This document shows, piece after piece, positions 26,122 to 31,700 of a stretch of 31,700 nt of DNA (positions within the stretch are counted from its first letter, which is position 1; every line of letters begins with the position of its first letter). The stretch is taken from contig PUXY01000154.1 of NCBI GenBank assembly GCA_009659955.1, forward strand, positions 1 to 31,700, in the 5' to 3' direction. The DNA comes from Campylobacterota bacterium. Its GTDB lineage: Bacteria > Campylobacterota > Campylobacteria > Campylobacterales > Nautiliaceae. Made by a program: the position numbers and the translations under genes. The notes under the pieces were generated by a model. That model was not told the DNA's origin, did not search any database, and saw only the letters and a list, made by a program, of their open reading frames with translations.

Positions 26122-26863
26122 AAGCCGATTGATTGTAGGAAGCGGAAAATACCCCGATTTTAAAACCACCCGGGAGGCAACTTTAGCCAGTGGGGCGGAG
26201 CTTATCACCGTTGCAGTCCGGCGGGTCAATATCCTCAACCCCGATGAGGAGAATTTGATGGACTATTTTAAAGATACCAATGTAAAAATCCTCCCCAACT
26301 CCGCCGGGTGCACCACCGCAGAGGAGGCAATTACCCTCTTCCGACTGGTGCGGGAGGCAACCGGTATCGATTTAATCAAATTGGAGGTTATTGGGGATAC
26401 CCAAAAAACCCTCTACCCCGATGTAATTGAAACTTTGAAAGCGTGTGAAGTTTTGGCAAAAGAGGGGTTTGTGGTAATGGCTTACACCAACGACGACCCA
26501 ATTATTGCCAAAAGATTGGAAAACGCCGGGGCAGCGGCGGTAATGCCTTTGGCAGCCCCAATCGGGAGCGGATTGGGGGTTCAAAACCGCTACAATGTGG
26601 TGTTTGTAAAAGAGGCGGTAAATGTGCCGGTAATTGTAGACGCCGGAATAGGCACCGCCAGTGATGCCACCATTGTAATGGAGTTGGGGGCAGATGGGGT
26701 TTTAACCAATACCGCAATTGCCCAAGCCAAAGACCCGGTTAAAATGGCGGAGGCAATGAAATATGGGGTAATTGCCGGAAGAATGGCTTACAAGGCGGGA
26801 CGGATTCCCAAAAAACCCTACGCCACCGCTTCCTCCCCAACTGAAGGTATGATTCAGTTTTAA
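26081..26863 (+). CDS. thiG: Thiazole synthase ThiG
   Basis: [50 protein letters not shown]. Confidence 0.97.
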   Translation: MAEDILKIGKYQFKSRLIVGSGKYPDFKTTREATLASGAELITVAVRRVNILNPDEENLMDYFKDTNVKILPNSAGCTTAEEAITLFRLVREATGIDLIKLEVIGDTQKTLYPDVIETLKACEVLAKEGFVVMAYTNDDPIIAKRLENAGAAAVMPLAAPIGSGLGVQNRYNVVFVKEAVNVPVIVDAGIGTASDATIVMELGADGVLTNTAIAQAKDPVKMAEAMKYGVIAGRMAYKAGRIPKKPYATASSPTEGMIQF

Positions 26864-27084
26864 TCTCTTCTTTCCTCCCCTTTTGGGGAAAGGGCAGAAA
26901 TTAAAGGAAAAAAAATTTAGCTTCCCAATTTCTCTCTTTTTTAATTTGTTTTCCGGTAAAAGTGGCAGGGAAATAGATGAAGTAATATTTCTCCTTTACT
27001 TTTTTCATTTTTCCAGTCGAGGTTGAAAAAAAGAATAAGAGGAGTTTTTATTTTTTCTTTCCTGAATAAAAAAAGAAAATCTAT

Positions 27085-28803
27085 TTACCGGTGAAAGACC
27101 GGTTGGAATTTTCCCATACTGGGAGTCAAATACCCCTCTTCTACCATAATTTCTACAATTTTCCGGAAAAGGGGCACGGCGGTTTGGGAGGCGAAATATT
27201 TTCCACTTCCTACCCGGAAAAAGGTAACTCCGATTGTATATCTCTCCCCTTTCTGGTCGTTGGCAAATCCAAAAAAGGAGCTATTATACCAGTCCAAATA
27301 TCCCCGTTTTCCGGCGGAAATGTGGGCTGTTCCGGTTTTTCCGGCGATATAGAGTCCGGGAAAGTAAGCTTTTCGACCAGTTCCCCGGAGGACAACATCT
27401 CTCAATACACTTAAAACATAATTGGAAGTGGTGGGGCTCAAAATTTGAACAGGGGAAGGGGCGGGAGAGGGGGCAATTCGGGGGGTCAAAAGATAACCGC
27501 CATTATTGAAGGCGTTATATGCCCGGAGAAGTTCCATAAAAGAGACCCGGAGTCCATATCCGTAGGCGGTGGTAGTCCGATAGATAGGGGCTTCATATTT
27601 GGAGGCGGGAAGGAGAAAGCCCCCTTTTTCATATGCCAAATCGATGCCGGTAGGGGCATTGAATCCAAATTTTACAAGCCAATTGTAGAAGGTTTCCCCG
27701 TCCAGTCGGAGAACCAATTTGGAGATTCCGATGTTACTGGAGTGGACAACTATATCCCGGGGGGTTAAATAGACAAAAGGTTCATCGTCCAGAATCGGTT
27801 TTTTTCTCCATCGGGGTTTCCAGCGTCCCCGGTTTACATAAATTTTTTCCCCGGGGCGAATTAAACCAGATTCCCAAAGAATGGCAAAGGTTATTGGTTT
27901 CATTACAGACCCCGGTTCGTAAAGGCGACGGATTACAGAAGGGGAAAGATTGGGGATATCCTCTTTTCTAATATGATTGGGGTCATATCGGTTGGTGGTT
28001 GCCAAAGCTATCACTTTTCCGGTGCGACTATCGATAACTCCTGCCACAATTTCGGAAACATTATACTCCCGTTTTGTCCTATCAAGGAGTTGTTCCAATC
28101 TCTTTTGGAGAATTAAATTGATATTGAGGCTCAAATCTTCTCCATTGAGGGGGAGGTGGATTTGGGAAGAGCCGTCATAAATCACATTTCCAATTACATC
28201 TCTATACCCGGAAATTACCCCATCTTTCCGGGGTTTAAGGGAGTAATTGTAGTAGGCTTCCAATCCCTCCATTCCCTTTTTTTTACTCCGATTGTAGAAA
28301 CCCAAAATCGGCTCCAATAGGTCTTGATAAGGGTAAATTCTCTCAATCCGGGGAGAGACAATCTCATATCCCATTCTATACCCCAACCGATTACTCCGGA
28401 AAACCCGGTTTTTATCCAAAACCCTCCGGAGATAGAGGAGGTCTTTCCTTCCCCGTTCATCTACCTCTGCAATTTTTACCCGATGGTTGGCTTCCAATTT
28501 TTTGGAGAGGAGTTGGGGGTCAACTCCGGTGTAACTGGAAAAGAGTTGGACAAAAAAGTCCTTTTTTTCTGGAACCAGATATCGGGGATTGATATAGACA
28601 TCATAAATTAGTCGGGTATAGGCTATTCGGTTCTGTTTCCAGCGGACACTACCTCTAATTCCCTTTTGGACAACTTTTATTTTGGGCACAAAGTAATTGG
28701 GAGGAGGTGTCAACGCAAAATGGAGAAGCACCACTCCTGCTATCGCTCCCAACAGAAGGAACAGAACAAAAAAGAAGATAAGTAAAGGTTTCCGGGAGTT
28801 CAA
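27085..28803 (-). CDS. ftsI: Class B PBP, FtsI/PBP3-type D,D-transpeptidase
   Basis: N-terminal TM, RIYP, GMEGLE, YEPGSVMKP (SxxK), HSSN, AGKTGT; divergent from ftsW. Confidence 0.88.
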   Translation of the reverse strand: MNSRKPLLIFFFVLFLLLGAIAGVVLLHFALTPPPNYFVPKIKVVQKGIRGSVRWKQNRIAYTRLIYDVYINPRYLVPEKKDFFVQLFSSYTGVDPQLLSKKLEANHRVKIAEVDERGRKDLLYLRRVLDKNRVFRSNRLGYRMGYEIVSPRIERIYPYQDLLEPILGFYNRSKKKGMEGLEAYYNYSLKPRKDGVISGYRDVIGNVIYDGSSQIHLPLNGEDLSLNINLILQKRLEQLLDRTKREYNVSEIVAGVIDSRTGKVIALATTNRYDPNHIRKEDIPNLSPSVIRRLYEPGSVMKPITFAILWESGLIRPGEKIYVNRGRWKPRWRKKPILDDEPFVYLTPRDIVVHSSNIGISKLVLRLDGETFYNWLVKFGFNAPTGIDLAYEKGGFLLPASKYEAPIYRTTTAYGYGLRVSFMELLRAYNAFNNGGYLLTPRIAPSPAPSPVQILSPTTSNYVLSVLRDVVLRGTGRKAYFPGLYIAGKTGTAHISAGKRGYLDWYNSSFFGFANDQKGERYTIGVTFFRVGSGKYFASQTAVPLFRKIVEIMVEEGYLTPSMGKFQPVFHR

Positions 28804-28824
28804 CTATCCCCTTTCTTCACAGAA

Positions 28825-28844
28825 TTGGGTAAAATTTTACCCAA
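28825..28844. promoter_or_regulatory. Perfect 20-bp palindrome carrying a TAAAAT -10 on each strand (candidate bidirectional ftsI/ftsW promoter)
   Basis: TTGGGTAAAATTTTACCCAA is its own reverse complement and sits in the 52-bp gap between the divergent starts. Confidence 0.7.
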
Positions 28845-28855
28845 AAAGGGAGTAG

Positions 28856-30010
28856 TTGCAAAAGATAGATTTCTACCTTTTTGGGATAGTTGTAATTATA
28901 ATGGGGATAGGTTTAATAGCCTCCTACTCTCTTCCAATTTACTTTGAATATATCAAAGATCTTCCCAGTGATTACTTTTTTATGAAAGAGTTGGCTTTTA
29001 CAGGGGTTTCTTTAATTTTAATGTTTATTCTGGCTTTGATGAATCCCCGGGTTGCAGTGCCCTTTTTCGGGACAATTCTTTTGATAATTCCCCTTTTGGT
29101 AATTTTTATTATGCCCTTCCTTCCCCCCTCTTTGGTGCCGGTTATCAACGGAGCCAAAAGATGGATTAAAATTTTTGGATTAAAAGTTGCTCCAGTGGAG
29201 TTTTTTAAGATAGGTTTTATCTTCTTTTTGGCGTGGTCCTTCAATCGGAAAATTGAAAAAAAAGAGCGGTTTGTAGATGAGTTGAAGATGATTTTCCCCT
29301 ATTTGGGGGTATTGTTGGTTGTGGCAATTTTTGTGGTTTTTGTCCAATCCGATTTGGGGCAAATTATCCTTTTAACTGGAGTCCTTTTTACAATGCTTCT
29401 GATGGCGGGGGGGAGTTTTAGAATTATTGGGACAATTTTTGCCTTTGGGTGGCTACTTTTGGCTTTGGCAATTTTAACCTCCCCATATCGGTATGAGCGA
29501 TTGGAGGGGTGGCTTCAAATGGTGAGGAGAAACTTTGTAACCGACTCCAATTTAACCAGTCCGGTGGTTGTGCAAACCAAATATCAACAAGTTGCCAACT
29601 CTCTCAATGGAATTTACCACGGGGGGTTATTTGGACAAGGTTTGGGAAATGGAATTTTCAAATTGGGATTTATAAATGATGTCCATACTGACTTTGTAAT
29701 AGCCGGTTTGGCGGAAGAGATAGGGGTAATTGGTATAATAGGAATAATTTTCCTCTTTATCCTCCTCCTTTGGAGAATCTATCGGACGGCTTATCGGGTG
29801 GAGGAGGAGAATCGGGTTTTATCCCTCTTTGCCTTTGGGATTGGAACTTTAATAATGCTCCAATTCTTTTTAAATATATTTGGTATTACTTCCGTAATTC
29901 CCTTAAAGGGAATTCCAATCCCCTTTATCAGTTACGGAGGAAGTTCAGAAATAGCTTTGGCAATTGGAATAGGTCTGGTATTGGCGATTAGTAAATTAAG
30001 GAGGGAATAA
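28856..30010 (+). CDS. ftsW: SEDS family peptidoglycan polymerase FtsW
   Basis: About 10 TM segments, NGAKRWI, PVEFFKI, QSDLG, HTDF, PLKGIPIPFISYGGSS; followed by murG. Confidence 0.92.
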   Translation: MQKIDFYLFGIVVIIMGIGLIASYSLPIYFEYIKDLPSDYFFMKELAFTGVSLILMFILALMNPRVAVPFFGTILLIIPLLVIFIMPFLPPSLVPVINGAKRWIKIFGLKVAPVEFFKIGFIFFLAWSFNRKIEKKERFVDELKMIFPYLGVLLVVAIFVVFVQSDLGQIILLTGVLFTMLLMAGGSFRIIGTIFAFGWLLLALAILTSPYRYERLEGWLQMVRRNFVTDSNLTSPVVVQTKYQQVANSLNGIYHGGLFGQGLGNGIFKLGFINDVHTDFVIAGLAEEIGVIGIIGIIFLFILLLWRIYRTAYRVEEENRVLSLFAFGIGTLIMLQFFLNIFGITSVIPLKGIPIPFISYGGSSEIALAIGIGLVLAISKLRRE

Positions 30011-30013
30011 AAT

Positions 30014-31099
30014 ATGGTTTGTATTACAGGGGGAGGAACCGGAGGGCATCTCCGGATTGTCTCCGTGCTCCGGGAAGAATTGAACAAATTGGGGATTAAA
30101 CCCATCTACATTGGCTCTATCCACGGCAAAGATAGGGAATGGGTTGGTGAAAATCCAGAAGGGTGGACTGCCACCTATTTCTTGGATAGTAGGGGAGTGG
30201 TCAATCAAAAGGGCTTAAAGAGGATTGAAGCGGTGAGAAATATTCTCCGGGAGAGTAAAAAAGCAGTGCAACTGATGGATAAACACAATGTTCAGAAGGT
30301 TATTTCGGTGGGGGGATATAGTGCTGCCCCCGCCTCCTTTGGAGCAGTTACCACCCCCGATAGGGAACTCTATATCCACGAACAGAATTCAATTTTGGGA
30401 AGATTAAATCAAGTATTGGAACCCTTTGCTGTTCGGCTTTTCAACTCTTTTTTTGGGAAAGACCCCTATCCGGTAGATGAATCCTTTTTTACCTATGCCC
30501 GAACCCGGAAAAAGTTGGAAAAAATTATCTTTTTGGGGGGGAGTCAGGGTGCCCACGCCATCAATCAAATAGCCCTCCAGATGGCACCTTATCTTCGGAA
30601 TGCAGGGATTGAAATTATCCACCAAACCGGAGCAAGGGACTTTAAATTTGTAAAGGAAAGATACGAAAAAATGGGGATAGAAGCGGAAATTTTTTCATTT
30701 ACCCACCACCTCCCCGAAAAACTCCACAAAGCCGATTTGGCTATCTCCCGGGCAGGGGCTTCTACCCTTTGGGAGTTGGTCAGTAATGGACTCCCTACAA
30801 TTTTTGTCCCTTACCCCTACGCGGCAGGAAACCATCAATATTTCAACGCCCACTATTTGGAAGAGCGGGGACTTGCCAAAATTATGAAGGAGGAGGAGTT
30901 TGAAGTGGGAAAACTCCTCAATTTGGTTGAAGAGATTGGGCGTCAATTGGAGCCTATTTCAGTTGAACTCCAAAAAATGAATACCCCCAAAGGGGGAGAG
31001 CAGATAGTTAAAGAGATACTCCTTTACACTCCTCCCCCCTCTCTAACCAAAAGGGTTACCCTCTGGGACCTCCTCCTCCGGTGGGTGAGAAATAAGTAA
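30014..31099 (+). CDS. murG: Undecaprenyl-PP-MurNAc-pentapeptide GlcNAc transferase MurG
   Basis: TGGGTGGH, HEQNS, GGSQGA, SRAGAST, HQYFNA. Confidence 0.96.
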   Translation: MVCITGGGTGGHLRIVSVLREELNKLGIKPIYIGSIHGKDREWVGENPEGWTATYFLDSRGVVNQKGLKRIEAVRNILRESKKAVQLMDKHNVQKVISVGGYSAAPASFGAVTTPDRELYIHEQNSILGRLNQVLEPFAVRLFNSFFGKDPYPVDESFFTYARTRKKLEKIIFLGGSQGAHAINQIALQMAPYLRNAGIEIIHQTGARDFKFVKERYEKMGIEAEIFSFTHHLPEKLHKADLAISRAGASTLWELVSNGLPTIFVPYPYAAGNHQYFNAHYLEERGLAKIMKEEEFEVGKLLNLVEEIGRQLEPISVELQKMNTPKGGEQIVKEILLYTPPPSLTKRVTLWDLLLRWVRNK

Positions 31100-31125
31100 T
31101 AAATAGCAGATAGGGATTCCTATAG

Positions 31126-31700
31126 ATGAGATGTGGAATTTTCGATAGTGGGGTAGGGGGACTCACCGTTGCCGGGGAAATTTATCGGGCAAACATTTTC
31201 CGAGAGATTGTATATTATGGAGATACTGCCCGGGTTCCCTATGGAAATAGAAATGAGAGCACTATAATCCGCTACTCTCTGGAGGCGTTGGAGTTTTTGA
31301 AAAATTTCGATATTGATATGTTGGTGGTAGCCTGTAATAGTGCCAGTGCGTGGGCTCTGGAGGAGTTGAGAAAAGAAGCAGATTTTCCAGTAATAGGAGT
31401 AATTGAAGCGGGAGTAGAGGGGGTCAAATCCCTTCCCACCTCAACCAAACTACTTTTGACCGGAACCCGGGCAACTATCACTTCCCAAATCTATCAAAGG
31501 GAGTTGAAAAAGGCAGGATACCACAATCTTATCTCCCGGGCTACTCCCCTGTTTGTCCCTTTTGTGGAAGAGGGGATTTGGAGTGGCTCTCTGATTGAAG
31601 GGGTTTTTGAACACTACTTCCATTCTCTACCCCGGGAAGAGATTGGAGGAGTTATTTTGGGATGCACCCATTACCCATTTCTTTCGGAAGTTTTCCGGAA
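31126..31700 (+). CDS. murI: Glutamate racemase (partial, runs off right edge)
   Basis: ATG 31126, MRCGIFDSGVGGLT, YGDTARVPYG, VACNSAS, and in-frame ILGCTHYP near the window end. Confidence 0.95.
   Translation, partial: MRCGIFDSGVGGLTVAGEIYRANIFREIVYYGDTARVPYGNRNESTIIRYSLEALEFLKNFDIDMLVVACNSASAWALEELRKEADFPVIGVIEAGVEGVKSLPTSTKLLLTGTRATITSQIYQRELKKAGYHNLISRATPLFVPFVEEGIWSGSLIEGVFEHYFHSLPREEIGGVILGCTHYPFLSEVFR

Noticed and set aside
26864-27084. A/T-tract-rich spacer between thiG and ftsI with a TCCCC-TTTT-GGGGA hairpin
   Set aside because: No ORF or RNA family is recognisable. The hairpin lacks a U-tract and is at most a weak terminator.

Overview
31.7-kb chromosomal window of a Campylobacterota bacterium. 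The taxonomy is inferred from protein style and gene pairings, and Nautiliaceae-like is a guess. Coding strands are purine-rich and G/C runs are frequent. Content is mostly core: cytochrome c, mltG, a long AsmA/YhdP-like protein, PEB4-like parvulin, ymdB, SPFH protein, tRNA-Val(GAC)/tRNA-Asn(GTT), metF, truB, ThiD2-like, yccA, rnr, era, PBP1A, ftsY, queH, thiG, ftsI, ftsW, murG and partial murI. A six-gene type IV pilus/T2SS-like (Cts/MSHA-type) block lacks its ATPase motor, platform and pilins here and is tightly packed between era and RNase R. No integrase, transposase, CRISPR array or rRNA was seen. The most unusual signals are: (1) the AsmA-like protein carries 20 D/E-X-N-X-S/T PglB-type N-glycosylation sequons and a 114-bp tandem repeat, and overlaps mltG head-to-head; (2) ftsI and ftsW are joined by a 58-bp near mirror-image cassette (start-SD-perfect 20-bp palindrome-SD-start) at the position where flgB-flgC-fliE sit in Helicobacter. 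All counts were made by eye from the sequence and ORF track; no database searches were run.
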